A stretch of DNA of 63,352 nt, the filler included, from Dimargaris cristalligena (Eukaryota), in the NCBI GenBank assembly GCA_003614675.1. It is 22 parts of 22 records of this genome, joined end to end, with 100 filler letters (N's around TTAATTAATTAA, not from the genome) between each part and the next. Parts side by side here need not be neighbours in the genome. Positions count along the whole stretch, not along the records: positions 46,330 to 49,105 come from ML004121.1; positions 49,206 to 51,979 come from ML004122.1; positions 52,080 to 54,790 come from ML004123.1; positions 54,891 to 57,651 come from ML004124.1; positions 57,752 to 60,503 come from ML004125.1; positions 60,604 to 63,352 come from ML004126.1; 16 more parts are not named here. The stretch is one strand, 5' to 3'. A program made the position numbers and the translations under genes. Shown piece by piece: positions 48,547 to 60,678 of the stretch; the stretch's first letter is position 1, and every line of letters begins with the position of its first letter. Below the pieces are notes generated by a model. That model was not told where the DNA came from and made no database searches. It saw nothing but the letters and a program-made list of their open reading frames with translations.

Positions 48547-48876
48547 TCAAATAGTATTGTCAGCCTCGGTCAGTGGTACCGCATGGCCCGGTCTGTTCAC
48601 CGTAACTGGGTGCGCTGTATAGCACCCACTAGTTGAGCCCGTCCCACATACACTTCCACAGGACAGTCGACTAGTAGGGCTATACGTGGTGCATGGTTTA
48701 ACGCAATTGCCACTAGTTGGGCAGAGGAAGTAGGAGTTGTCAATGGTACGTCTCGATATATCCGATTCACTTTCTAACATTCTTGCGTAGCAGCACGAAT
48801 TCAAGACAATGGGGCTGGCGGAGGTGCCAACCAAGTAGGTGGCGGTAAGGAGGGCGAGGGTGGTGATGAAACGCAT
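48547..48876 (-). CDS. Small secreted cysteine-rich protein (109 aa, 8 Cys)
   Basis: Signal MRFITTLALLTATYLVGTSA. Intact ORF with normal CpG content next to CpG-free TE debris. Confidence 0.8.
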   Translation of the reverse strand: MRFITTLALLTATYLVGTSASPIVLNSCCYARMLESESDISRRTIDNSYFLCPTSGNCVKPCTTYSPTSRLSCGSVCGTGSTSGCYTAHPVTVNRPGHAVPLTEADNTI

Positions 48877-49885
48877 ACTGGTAAAGTACCGGGTGAGGTC
48901 GGATAAAAAAACAGAGGGGGTATTAGGTTTCTGGATAAGGCAAATGGTTACAATATCGTAGTAGAACTTTGAATAAAATTAAAATATATGTTTGGCGAGA
49001 GAAATTGGGGATAGTGGCGAATGTGAGTGTGTGTGTTAGGGAGTGGATAATTGTGAGTAAAGAGGATTGGATAGGGTCAGGGTTTTATATTGTTACTAGG
49101 AAAGANNNNNNNNNNNNNNNNNNNNNNNNNNNNNNNNNNNNNNNNNNNNTTAATTAATTAANNNNNNNNNNNNNNNNNNNNNNNNNNNNNNNNNNNNNNN
49201 NNNNNGATTTATGCGGAGACTGAATATGATATAGACCCAATGGCTATCGACGGGGGTATGGCAATACCAAATCCACAATTAGATCTATCGGATAGTTTAT
49301 GATTTGCCCGACCCATATCTTTGGTATTTTAAAGAGGCTTTATGGCCGATATTAGTACATTAATAGCACTGTGTATCTAAATAGGATTGTAGTAAGTGCC
49401 CCTGGATGCAGTCCATTACCACCCTATCTGTTACCCCCACTATTGACTTTTATTGAAGTAGTTTCAAGACTGCTTTTAATCCAGGCTAATTTAAGCAGAA
49501 AGGCTAGCTTTATGTAGCTCCTCTGATCATGTATCGACCATGGGGAAATCCACCGATGAAGCCGTCAAATTTTTTCCCATTTCGTTGGATATGCACTGGC
49601 TTCTTGTTAACTAGGCCCATTTTTTTTATTCTATTGAGTCACATATTTTTCGCCCATGCTACAGACCTGTAATTGTCGTTGTCACATATACCGCATTATA
49701 TGCTCGTATATTATTAGTACACTTGGCTGCAACAGCTCTCCCGGCCACTTTACGTCGTTGCATTCATTGCCTGCAGCCATCCGCTTATCTTATGCCCACC
49801 TGAGCTACTTCCATCACTCCATCTTTTTATATTTTCATTTCTAGTTTTATATATTCTACCTTTTTAACACTAGACCTTAACCGCC

Positions 49886-51625
49886 ATGGCCGATGCCCCA
49901 GTTGCCACCGAGAAGCTGTACAAGGATGAGGTGACCGGTGAAATGATCTCCAAGTCCGAGCTCAAGCGCCGTGAGAAGCTCCGTCGCAAGGAGGCCGAAA
50001 AGGCCGCCAAGGCCGCGGCCAAGCCAGCTGCTGAAAAGAAAACCGCGAGTGCCGAGGAGGCCGAAGATGACCTGAACCCCAATCAGTACTTTGAGATCCG
50101 CACCCGGGCCGTCGAAAAGCTCCGCCAGCAAGGTCCCCAGCCCTACCCCCACAAGTTCCACGTTTCCCTGTCGCTGCCGGCGTTTATTGCGAAATTCGGC
50201 TACCTGAAGGAGGGCGAACACGTAGAAGAGGAAGTGACCTTGTCGGGCCGCATCCACAACAAGCGGACCTCCGGGGCTAAGCTGCGCTTCTATGACCTTC
50301 ATGGCGAAGGGGTTAAGGTGCAGATCATGGCCCAGGCCCAGGACGCCCAGCGGGACTTTGCCGCTACTCACGATATCCTCCGTCGCGGGGATATCGTCGG
50401 CGTGCGGGGTTACCCGGGTAAGTCCAAGCGCGGTGAGCTGTCCATTTTCCCCCGCGATGTCACTCTGCTGTCGCCTTGCTTGCGGATGCTGCCCAAGTCG
50501 AACTACGGCTTCAAGGACCAGGAATCCCGCTACCGTCAGCGTTACCTGGATCTGATCATGAACAACGACGTCCGCAACAAGTTCACCACGCGATCCAAGA
50601 TTGTCTCGTACGTGCGCAAGTACCTCGATGGTCAAGACTTTTTGGAGGTGGAGACCCCCATGATGAATATGGTTGCGGGTGGTGCCACCGCCAAGCCCTT
50701 CGTCACCCACCACAACGACCTGAAGATGGACCTATTTATGCGGGTGGCCCCTGAGCTGTACCTGAAGATGCTCGTCGTGGGTGGTCTGGACCGGGTGTAC
50801 GAAATTGGCCGTCAGTTCCGTAACGAGGGTATTGATTTGACCCATAATCCCGAATTCACCACCTGTGAGTTCTACATGGCCTATGCCGATATGTTTGACC
50901 TTATGGAAATGACCGAACAAATGGTGTCCGGCATGGTCAAGGAACTGACCGGTGGCTACAAGGTTACCTACCACCCCCAGGGTCCCGGCAGCGAGCCCGT
51001 AGAGATTGACTTCTCCCCGCCCTTCCGTCGCATCAACATGATCGAAGGTCTGGAAGAACGTCTCAATGTCAAGTTCCCCGCCCCCGATCAACTCCACACC
51101 GACGAAACCAACAAGTTCCTGATTGACCTGTGTGCCAAGAACAACGTGGAGTGCTCCGCTCCCCGCACCAACGCCCGGCTCCTCGACAAACTGGTGGGCG
51201 AGTACCTGGAGGTGGAGTGCATCAGCCCCACCTTTATTACCTGCCATCTCCAGATGATGTCCCCCCTGGCCAAGTGGCACCGCTCCGCGCCTGGCTTGTG
51301 CGAACGTTTCGAGCTGTTTGTGGCCACTAAGGAGGTGTGCAATGCCTACACCGAGTTGAACGACCCCCTCGTCCAGCGTGCGCGTTTCGAACAGCAGGCT
51401 CTCGACAAGGCGGCCGGTGACGACGAGGCCCAGATGGTCGATGAGAGCTTCTGTACCGCTCTGGAATACGGTCTGCCACCCACGGGTGGCTGGGGTATGG
51501 GCATTGACCGCCTCACCATGTTCCTGACCGACTCCAACAATATCAAGGAAGTCATCCTGTTTCCCGCCATGAAGCCCGAAGAAGATAACGCCGTCCTTGC
51601 GGCCCCGGCTATGGAACACCCTTAA
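49886..51625 (+). CDS. KRS1: Lysyl-tRNA synthetase, class II, cytosolic
   Basis: SKSELKRR N-terminus, [48 protein letters not shown] and [19 protein letters not shown]. Complete and intronless. Confidence 0.98.
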   Translation: MADAPVATEKLYKDEVTGEMISKSELKRREKLRRKEAEKAAKAAAKPAAEKKTASAEEAEDDLNPNQYFEIRTRAVEKLRQQGPQPYPHKFHVSLSLPAFIAKFGYLKEGEHVEEEVTLSGRIHNKRTSGAKLRFYDLHGEGVKVQIMAQAQDAQRDFAATHDILRRGDIVGVRGYPGKSKRGELSIFPRDVTLLSPCLRMLPKSNYGFKDQESRYRQRYLDLIMNNDVRNKFTTRSKIVSYVRKYLDGQDFLEVETPMMNMVAGGATAKPFVTHHNDLKMDLFMRVAPELYLKMLVVGGLDRVYEIGRQFRNEGIDLTHNPEFTTCEFYMAYADMFDLMEMTEQMVSGMVKELTGGYKVTYHPQGPGSEPVEIDFSPPFRRINMIEGLEERLNVKFPAPDQLHTDETNKFLIDLCAKNNVECSAPRTNARLLDKLVGEYLEVECISPTFITCHLQMMSPLAKWHRSAPGLCERFELFVATKEVCNAYTELNDPLVQRARFEQQALDKAAGDDEAQMVDESFCTALEYGLPPTGGWGMGIDRLTMFLTDSNNIKEVILFPAMKPEEDNAVLAAPAMEHP

Positions 51626-52079
51626 AATGGAGCTGCTTTTCCAAGGGTAGCAGGGTGTGAAGTGTGTTGGCTTTTTTTAAAAAATACTTTTATTTATTGA
51701 TCAGTCACATATCTCCCACTTCTCTCGTTCAGGAATAATCACCAAGTACGTATACTCACCACACCTTTTCTTTAGCTCATAATAGGTATTCGCATACTCC
51801 CCTTTTAACTCAATTTGGACATATGGTTGACTACCAACCCCAATAAAATTGGGGCTGTTGGCTCTCATAATGAGAATTGTAAACCCGGGGTTTCATGTTT
51901 ATTATTGATTGGGGAGGGGGCATTAGTAGAATTTCCTACCTGTATGTGAATGATATAAGCGAATAAAAACGTACCCACCNNNNNNNNNNNNNNNNNNNNN
52001 NNNNNNNNNNNNNNNNNNNNNNNTTAATTAATTAANNNNNNNNNNNNNNNNNNNNNNNNNNNNNNNNNNNNNNNNNNNN

Positions 52080-52475
52080 GTCGTTGATCAGCTTAATAGA
52101 AGAAGGAAAGGCCGCTGCTGGCCCCTTGGCGTCAGCCTTCTTTTCCAGCGAGCCGTCGTCGTTAATCACCGCGCCGTTAATAAACATCATACCTGCCTTC
52201 TCTTCAACGTTCATTTGTTTCAGCAGGTTATTGATCCGGGCTTCAATCGGCTGCGATTTATCCTCGTACACATCCAGTTTGCTGTTCTTGTTCAGGTCAC
52301 GAAAAGTGTTGCCATCAATGGTAATAAGCACCTGAGATTCGTTTGCCAGTATTGGGTTTATTACCTGTGTGCTATTTTTCCACGAGGTTATGCTGATGAT
52401 TACGATGGCAAGGGTTGCCAAAGTTGGCAGAAGAGGATTGAAAGGCAATTTCATATGAGCAATTTGTTTCATCAC
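52080..52475 (-). CDS. N-terminal fragment of a bacterial GH3 beta-glucosidase (signal peptide + start of the barrel)
   Basis: FRDLNKNSKLDVYEDKSQPIEARINNLLKQMNVEEKAGMMF is the typical GH3 N-terminus. Confidence 0.85.
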
Positions 52476-52621
52476 AAGATAAATATTATTTGTCTTGCCG
52501 ACGAAAGACTACACACAGGCAATTAATTTGAGTGGGTTTGTGACAAGCTGAGGAAAAGGATGAATCATCGTTGCGTCGCATTACGTTCATCTGAAGTAAT
52601 GCTTTTTCTGAAAATATTTTC

Positions 52622-54007
52622 GTGCTGGAGGCAGGTGGTTTTTCGCTATGGCCTGAACCGCTTGGCCTGGCTGCTATTGGCGATGATGCCCTTGCCAGGA
52701 AGTTTGGCGATATCGCCCGGCAGGAATATATGGCAGTCGGCATCCGAGAGGCCTTGCACCCACAAATTGACCTGGCTACTGAACCTCGCTGGCCCCGCAT
52801 TGCCGGAACATTTGGGGAGGATGCTGATCTTACTTCGCGGATGGCAGCCGCTTATATTTTAGGCTTCCAGGGTGCACAACTGGATAGCAACAGCGTGGCT
52901 TGTATGACCAAGCATTTTCCGGGTGGCGGGCCGCAAAAGGAAGGGCTTGATCCGCATTTTCCTTTCCAGAGAGGGCAGGTGTATCCCGGTAATAATTTCA
53001 ACTATCATTTGAAGCCATTTGAGGCTGTGTTTAAGGCAAACACGGCGGCCATCATGCCTTATTATGGCGTGCCAATGGATGCAGGTCATGAGCATGTAGG
53101 CTTCTCTTATAACAAAGCAATCATCACTGACTTATTGCGAAAAAAATACCATTATGAAGGTGTAGTATGCACCGATTGGGGTTTGGTAAGTGATCTGAAG
53201 ATGGGACCGGTTACTTGGCCTGCAAGAGCCTGGGGAGTAGAAAAACTGTCTGTAGAAGAGCGAATTCAGCGTATTATAGAAGCGGGGGTTGACCAGTTTG
53301 GTGGTGAAAATATTCCTGAAGTATTGGTTAAACTGGTGAAAGGTGGTAAAATAAAAGAAAGCCGTCTTGATGAATCGGTAAAGAGATTACTGCGGCAAAA
53401 GTTTATGCTTGGCTTGTTCGATAATCCGTTTATTGATGCCGGTAAAGCAGCGCAGATCGTCGGCAAACCAGAATTTAAGCAGGCAGGCGAAGACGCACAA
53501 CGGAGGGCTATTACGCTCTTGAAAAACGACAGCAAGACTCTACCATTGCAAGCCGGCAAACTGAAAATTTATGTCCGACATATAAAGCCGGAAGTAGCGG
53601 CTTTGTATGGCACTGTTGTCACGGATCCTGCAACTGCCGACATTGCCATTATCAGGTTGAAGACGCCCTGGATACCTGTTGACACTGACATCCCCATGGC
53701 GAAAGGTTTTCACCACGGCGACCTGGATTTTAAAGGGGGGCTTAAAGACAGTATCCTGCAGTTGCTGGGTACTGTGCCAACCATCGTTGATATTAACCTC
53801 GACCGGCCCGCAGTAATTCCTGAAATAAGTGCAAAAGCCAAAGGACTAATGGCTGATTTCGGTGCCAGCGATGCGGCTGTGCTCGACGTTATTTTTGGCA
53901 AATTCAAGCCCGGCGGTAAACTCCCTTTCGAGTTGCCATCCTCTATGGAAGCGGTACGCAAACAGAAAGAAGATGTGCCATACGATTCTGAAAATCCGTT
54001 GTACAAG
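52622..54007 (+). CDS. Remainder of the bacterial GH3 beta-glucosidase
   Basis: HPQIDLATEPRWPRIAGTFGED, MTKHFPGGG, IMPYY, VVCTDWG, AGVDQFGGE and PGGKLPFELP. It ends at an internal 8-N gap. Confidence 0.93.
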
Positions 54008-54339
54008 NNNNNNNNCTGCGTTGTATAAGCAGTACATCTGCACATTTGGCACCCAACCTTTCTATCGTAATGGAAACTGCTCCTTACCAAAAACTGTCCT
54101 GCCTATCATTAACGACATAAAAATGCTTTTACAACCCTAAATAATTAGCCTTGCTGGCAGGGCGCCTTTTAAAGTAAGATACGTAGTGAAGCGTACCATA
54201 TAAAGAGAAATTGGAGTAAACACAAAGATTACGCTGCCGCAAAATGAACAGACAGTACAAGGGAGTGACACAACGATGTCGATTAACGATATTAAGCCGG
54301 CTACAAAAAAAGTTACATTTATTTAAAGCTTTGAAAATG

Positions 54340-54738
54340 CTAGTCCACCTCGTATATAATCGCCTTTTGCAGAACCCAGTGATGACCCATAGGATCTATA
54401 ATTGTGCCCTGGCGGTAATCGTAATCGTAGTCCTGTATAGGGCTCAAAATGGTTGCGCCGTCAGCTACAGCTTTGTCCATAAACGCAGCAACATCATCTA
54501 CAAACAAACCGATGGCAACAGTTGTGCCTTTTAGTGTTTCGGGACTAAGTTCATTAGCCCATAAAGACTCCTGGTGCATATGAAACATAGCACCACCAAT
54601 AGTCATTTCCGCCACGTGAATACTGCCATCGTCATTGGCCCACTTACGCAAAGTTTTAGCATCGAAGGCTTGTTCATAAAACGCAAGAGCGATTGACAAG
54701 TCGAGGCAGTACAACTTAGGTGCAAACGAAACTGGCAT
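54340..54738 (-). CDS. VOC/PhnB glyoxalase-like protein (bacterial)
   Basis: ALAFYEQAFDA, DGSIHVAEMTIGG, LFVDDV...AVADGA and RQGTIIDPMGHHW. Confidence 0.9.
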   Translation of the reverse strand: MPVSFAPKLYCLDLSIALAFYEQAFDAKTLRKWANDDGSIHVAEMTIGGAMFHMHQESLWANELSPETLKGTTVAIGLFVDDVAAFMDKAVADGATILSPIQDYDYDYRQGTIIDPMGHHWVLQKAIIYEVD

Positions 54739-54890
54739 ATACGGTATTTTAAGATGAGACCTATTAATAACTCAAGCCAAAGCCAAACTGNNNNNNNNNN
54801 NNNNNNNNNNNNNNNNNNNNNNNNNNNNNNNNNNTTAATTAATTAANNNNNNNNNNNNNNNNNNNNNNNNNNNNNNNNNNNNNNNNNNNN

Positions 54891-57651
54891 GCAACGGCCG
54901 TGCCTGAAGGGTCTTGCGGTCGGCCTTGCCCACGGAGGTCATCGGAATACAGTCCAATATGACAATAAAGTTGGGCACCATGTACTGTGGAAGCTTTGAG
55001 GCAAGGTGGACATTAATGGCTGCTGTATTAACTGAGCTTGGGGCAATGTAGAGAACAATTTGCTGCTGGGTGACGCAGGCCACGGCATTGGCAACGCCCT
55101 CAATTGATGAGGCGGTGTTTTCGATCTCGCTCAGCTCGATACGATAGCCGCGTAGTTTGACTTGAAAATCCTTCCGTCCAATGTAATAAAGTAGCCCATT
55201 GGGTAGCCAGCTAACAAGATCGCCTGTTCGGTATAGATTACCAGGTCCAAATGGGTTAAGGACAAAGGCCTGGGTCGTCAATTCGGGCTGCCGCCAGTAA
55301 CCAGAACTAATACCAATACCGCCAAGGCATAGCTCTCCGGGCACCCCAATAGGGACGGGGCAGAGGTTGTCGTCCACAATATAGCAAGTGTAATTAGCTA
55401 ACGGTCTCCCAATGGTGTTTGGTTCGTCAATTTGGACCAGGGAGCTGTGACTGTGGATGGTGGCCTCTGTTGGTCCATATTTGTTAAACAGCCGAACGCG
55501 CGTACACCAACGACGGGCCACTTGCACAGGGAGGGCATCGCCAGTTGCTACCACCTGGGTAAGGTTAGGGAAGTCGCTGGGATTGAGGGCGGCCAAAATG
55601 GATGGGACCAAGCAGCACGTGTTGACCCGTTTAAGAGTATCTAGAAGGTCCCCATCCTGAAGAACCAAAGTACCACCAGCGTGAAATACGGCAAAAATCT
55701 CGCTTATACACACATCGAAGGAAATGTTCATGGCTTGGAGCATACGGGTTGATGAATCCAGCTGTAGATCCAGGTCATTGGCTAAAATGTAGTTCACAAG
55801 CGACTCATGACGAATGGGCACGCCTTTGGGCCGACCCGTAGTGCCCGATGTAAAAAGCATATACATGAGGTCAGTAGACAGGCGAGTACTATCGGGCTGG
55901 AATCCGGACGTATCTTGACGCTCACAGTTAATATTGTCAAACAGAAGTAGACGTAATTTAGCCACCCCTAAATTGTCGAGAGCAATCGATTGGTGGGCCG
56001 TGTCAGTGATTGTCCAAGGACTATCCAGGAGCCCCAGGGTATACCGTAGACGATCAATGGCATTCGTCGGGTCCAATGGGGCGCAAACTCCGCCGGCCAA
56101 CAGGACTCCTAAGTAGCTGAAAATAAACTCGACCGATCGGGGGAAAAGCAAGGCAACGAAATCGCCACTTTGAAGGCCGTGTTGTCGGAGTGCCTGGGCA
56201 ACACATTTGGCGCGGTGATACACCTCGGTATAGGTATACCGCCGGTTGGAGGACTCTAGTGCAATAGCACCGGGTTGGGAAGTGGAGTGCTCAGTGAACA
56301 ACTGATGGGCCAGCCAGTGGCGCTGTGTAAACTCAAGAACCGGGCCCCGGGCCCATGTGTGTACGAGCTTGGCCTCATCGGTCGGCAGGCCAACAAGTTC
56401 GCGCAAAGTCAACGACGGGGACCGCACCATCAATGTCAGGAAATGGTCGATAAAACGAGCCAAGAGGCGGGCGTAGATCTCATCGCAGTGTACAGTTTCG
56501 TAGACTAAGTATAATTCCAAATTTTCCCCACTATCGGCAAAACGAACTGTGTAGGCATATTCAGTGAAGTTCTGTCCGTCACGAGATTCAAGGGTAATTT
56601 GGGAGTTGGTGATATTCGACATGGCAAGTGGAAAGTTGTCATACACGACAAAGGAATTGAACAGCCGTCCCTCAGAGTCAATCTGGCCCCATTTGTAGAT
56701 GTCTAGAAGGCCGCACTGTTCCGACATCGTCAGATCACCCGATTGATGGTGCATTCGTTGGATGAAATCGGAAACTGGGGCTGACAAGTCCAGCAATACT
56801 CGGTAGGGTAAAGTATTGATACACATGCCCACCATCCCCTGAATACCAGTAACAGCAATATTGCGGCCGGAAGTAAGGACCCCGAAAGTAACCTCATTCG
56901 CTTCACTAAGGTAGCGGGCTAGAGTGAGTGCCCACACACTACGCAGGAGGGAGTTGAGTGTAATGCTTTGCTGGCGACAGAAAGTGTGTAGGGTTCGCAG
57001 GTCGATTGATAGTGTGGAGCGATGGGCACCATGTTCGCGTACAGGAGGTTCGGGATAGTGAACGGGGAAATGTATTGGCGGGGTAGGTCGGGCATTTTCA
57101 AGGGTTGAACGCCAGAATTGCTGGTGCAAAGACCGGTCTATCGATTGGAGACGGGCGATATAATGACTAAATTGGGTACATGGAGAGGGTGTAATGCCAT
57201 GGTATAGGTCAACCAGTTGGGCTAAAATAATATTATGGGACCAGGCATCGAGTAGGCCGTGGTGAAAGGTGAAGAAACATAAATGGCGGGAATTGCTAGT
57301 GGCAGGTGAAATGAAGAGGGAGATTCTTAGTAGAGGTCCGTCAAAAGTAAACCCGCGTTGACGGTCGCCCGCAAAGTAGGTTTTCTCCAGTGTGGACCAG
57401 TCGTCGACTATGTTAGTATTGATGGTCCATTCAATGTCACACCGCTTCGTGATAACCTGGAGGAACGAGTGAGTTGACAGGGATCCAGGCTGGAAAAATT
57501 TAGCTCGCAAGATGTCATGATGCCCGGCCAGCTGGTGCCACGCTTCCTGGAGGCGACTTACGTCCAAGTCCCCAGAAATGGTAAAGGACTCCTGCACCAT
57601 ATACGAGCTTGGGTCTTTCAGGGTACTGACGAGGAAGCCCAGTTGGAGCCC
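54891..57651 (-). CDS. NRPS internal module, partial at both ends: DCL-type condensation + adenylation domain
   Basis: Open across the whole contig. C domain: GLQLGFL...YMVQ, HHDILRAKF, HHGLLDAWS, VTFGVLTSGR, MVGMCINTLP. A domain: FTSGTTGRPKG, NKYGPTE, GELCLGG, YRTGDL, VKLRGYRIEL, GKADRK. Confidence 0.95.
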
Positions 57652-57802
57652 NNNNNNNNNNNNNNNNNNNNNNNNNNNNNNNNNNNNNNNNNNNNTTAAT
57701 TAATTAANNNNNNNNNNNNNNNNNNNNNNNNNNNNNNNNNNNNNNNNNNNNAAAAATAGATAAAAAATAAAAGTAGGTAAAAAATGTGGTAAGTTCACCA
57801 CA

Positions 57803-59628
57803 GCAGCAATAAATGGTTACGGATCATGCAGCCAACTGCTGAATCAAATAGTTCATCGGATTTGGGCCTTAGTAGCCAAGAACAACATCGAAATCTTTGG
57901 GGGGGGGGGCACAGCATCTGGCTGGAATTCTCAATACCGAGGCTGACTTTCTCTCCCAGATCAACCAGCAGGGGGATTGGAAACTGGCACACAAATTATT
58001 CAGGTCCCTAGATCACTCATTCGGGCCGCACACAATCAATTGGTTTACAAGTCCCTGGAATGCCCAGCTGACCTGCTATTGCACCTTGAACCCACATCCC
58101 AGAGTAGTCGGACAGGATGCCTTCTCCCTCGATTGGTCACAGGAAAACGGGTGGTTCAATCCACCATTTGGAGTAATCAATCAGGTATTAGCAAAAATAA
58201 TACAAGAACATGTTGGAATACTAAGGACTTAAAGGAAATAAAACTGAAAGTAAGGGAAGAAAGCAGCTAGAGGACAGTAGGTACCTCTAGGTGGTTAGTT
58301 TTATTGAGTTGTAATTTCTGTAGAGTGAAATATAATTGGCTAACATGAATGATCTCATGATAGCAGAATAAACTAACGTAATTGGGTAAAAATAGGATAG
58401 AATAAAGAACACATAGGAACATATTCTTCAACAGAACAGGCACGAGGGACAATTATTCTACCCCTATGGAAGAGCCAACCCTGGTGGCCACCCCTAGTTG
58501 AGCATGCAAAATTAATCAGTGAACTTCCGATTCACGGCCAATGGGCAATCCCACCAATGGGGTCTCACAATTTACTCCCAGAACCATTCATGAATCGATG
58601 TTGGAAAATGATTGTAGCTCAATTTTAGGCTCACTTAGAACCCAGGGGGATTATTCTTCCATGATTACAGACTGGTGGTTGGCACACTTGGCTCTGAACT
58701 TACCAGAAGGAAGTATAGCATCAACCATCCTGAAGAACAGCCTCTCCAAGGCAACTTGGAAGACCTACGAGAATCATCATCACCAATATCTGCAATTTTG
58801 TCAATTGAGAGGTATATCTGTGCATCTGATCTCAGACGTGACTCTGATTTCATACCTAGTACACCTATATACCTTAAGGGTAAATCCCCAGTCAATACCC
58901 GGTCAATACCTGGGAGGCTAGCACCAATAACAAAGTTTGATAGGGCCACTTATGGCCAGGTCGAATTTTCCAAGGAGGCTGTATCACAGTTTTGAAAGGG
59001 CTATGCAGTTACCTTTTACCAGGACTTTCCAGAGTTAAGGGATCCCGAAGGAGCGCACCCAATCCCCACACATCTATATAGGTGTCTGTATTCCCTGGGG
59101 TGGGTCCTGAATAAGGTATAATTAGAATGGGGTGTCCTATTTATCATTGGCATTATTTTTGGTCTATGCACGAGTTCATTAGCCAGTCTATGATGGCAAG
59201 ATGTGACCCTCGAGGGTCTTACATTGTCTATCTTCATTGCAGGTGAAAAACGTAAGGCTCACATAGAAGGTATCCATTGGGTGGCCAGTCCAATTTGCCT
59301 GGGCTTTAAAGCCATTCTTGAACAGTATCTAGCATCACTAACCTCAGACAGGCTGTGGCAAACATTCAAGAGCAACCCAGCAGCCTGGGTTACCTGGTGT
59401 ATCCAAGCCCTATTCCAGTCATTCAGGCATCAGGGTATCACTGCCTCTGACTACTCATCACATAGTTTAAGGAAGACAATGGTTGCTGGTATGCTCACTG
59501 CTAAGATTGATCCATTGAGGGTATTGGATTGGGGCCATTGGGAGGCATTAGAAACCATGAGGGCTTATTGCCGAGTGTCTTTACCTTATCATCCTGATCT
59601 CCAGTTAGTTTTTTTATTTATCATTTAA
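57803..59628 (+). mobile_element. Decayed DIRS-type tyrosine-recombinase retrotransposon: RNase H end, adenine-methyltransferase-like domain, YR
   Basis: RNase H: AAINGYGS...IW...HLAGILNTEADFLS. MT: DAFSLDWSQENGWFNPPF...VLAKIIQE/QARGTIILPLWKSQPWWP. YR: SLSKATWKTY, GL(R>C)TSSL, SHSLRK...GHW...AY, with a frameshift near 58900 and several stops. Confidence 0.9.
58211..58433. mobile_element. Solo LTR (family A, Copia), 223 bp, with 5-bp TSD GAACA
   Basis: TGTTG...CAACA flanked by GAACA at 58206-58210 and 58434-58438. Removing it restores the MT reading frame. It is homologous to 61776-61999. Confidence 0.95.
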
Positions 59629-60145
59629 AGGATTCAACCATTTTCAGTTATCACATTTCAATTTCTGCAAGTTTCTATCCATTTAGTCTACCTAGTTATA
59701 AGTTTTATATATTTAGTTAAGAACCCTTCAGACAACTCCTTTGTAATGGAGTCATCAATTCGAGAGTTAGGGTTATTGGGAATAGGCATCTATTAATGAT
59801 AATTTGTTTTTTAAAAACTCATTATGTTAATAAAGGGGAAAGAAAAAATTTTCCGTAAAAATATTACTTTCCCCAAAGTAGAAAGGAAAAATTTCCATGC
59901 AAAAATTTGTTTCTCTATCTTTCTCCTTCTTTTATTCCTTCCTACCAGCCTACCCTATTAGTTTATTCTATTTTTACTATCAAAATTTGTCTCTGCTGTG
60001 TTCTTTACACTTGTATACGATGACTTTTCGGTTATTATAGACCGTGGACTTGTCCATTGAGTGAAATAAGTATCGCCAATAAATAACAAAACGTCGACAG
60101 CATCTATTAATAATAATATCCAATAGGCAAGTGGAGGCCATGCTT

Positions 60146-60290
60146 ACCCACATTTGAATGGGCATGTGCATTCCCTCCAAGTGGGCCAATGTTCACCCAA
60201 ATTTGAATAGGCATGTACATTCCCTCCAAATAGGCTAATGTATACCTAAACTGGAAAAGGAATGTACATTCCTTTAAAATAAGTTATTAA
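60146..60290. repeat. Three tandem 49-bp units, progressively AT-enriched
   Basis: ACCCACATTTGAATGGGCATGTGCATTCCCTCCAAGTGGGCCAATG at 60146, with variants at 60195 and 60244. Confidence 0.85.
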
Positions 60291-60678
60291 TAAAATAAAC
60301 TAAAATAAACTGTAGGTTCCTAAAGGGAGTTTAATTACTCCTACAGTTAAAATTTAAAAGGTTAAAGGATGGATAGATAGTATAAAGGAATACTACTTAT
60401 CCTAATAAACTGGCTGGACTAGCCTAAAGTACTGAATAAAATTACTTAAATATTACTACTTATGGGTAAAATTGGTCACTCACTAGGCTGGCAAGGAGCT
60501 AGTNNNNNNNNNNNNNNNNNNNNNNNNNNNNNNNNNNNNNNNNNNNNTTAATTAATTAANNNNNNNNNNNNNNNNNNNNNNNNNNNNNNNNNNNNNNNNN
60601 NNNCATCACCTTTCCCTTTTATTATCTATCTTTTCAAATAAAGTTCAGTTTTCAAGGATTTGATTTCAGTTCTTTACA

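Noticed and set aside
49877-51619. Long antisense ORFs (278 and 295 aa) opposite KRS1, and similar shadow ORFs over other GC-rich genes
   Set aside because: These are an expected by-product of strong GC3 codon bias and contain no recognisable motifs.
52080-54790. Horizontal transfer of a bacterial GH3 into the fungus, or a programmed invertible switch
   Set aside because: The whole contig is bacterial with no fungal flank, and I see no inverted repeats or recombinase at the junction. It resembles the other amplification chimera.
20426-57651. A biosynthetic cluster or operon linking the NRPSs, transporter, GH3 and KRS1
   Set aside because: These genes lie on separate contigs joined artificially in order of length, so adjacency is meaningless.
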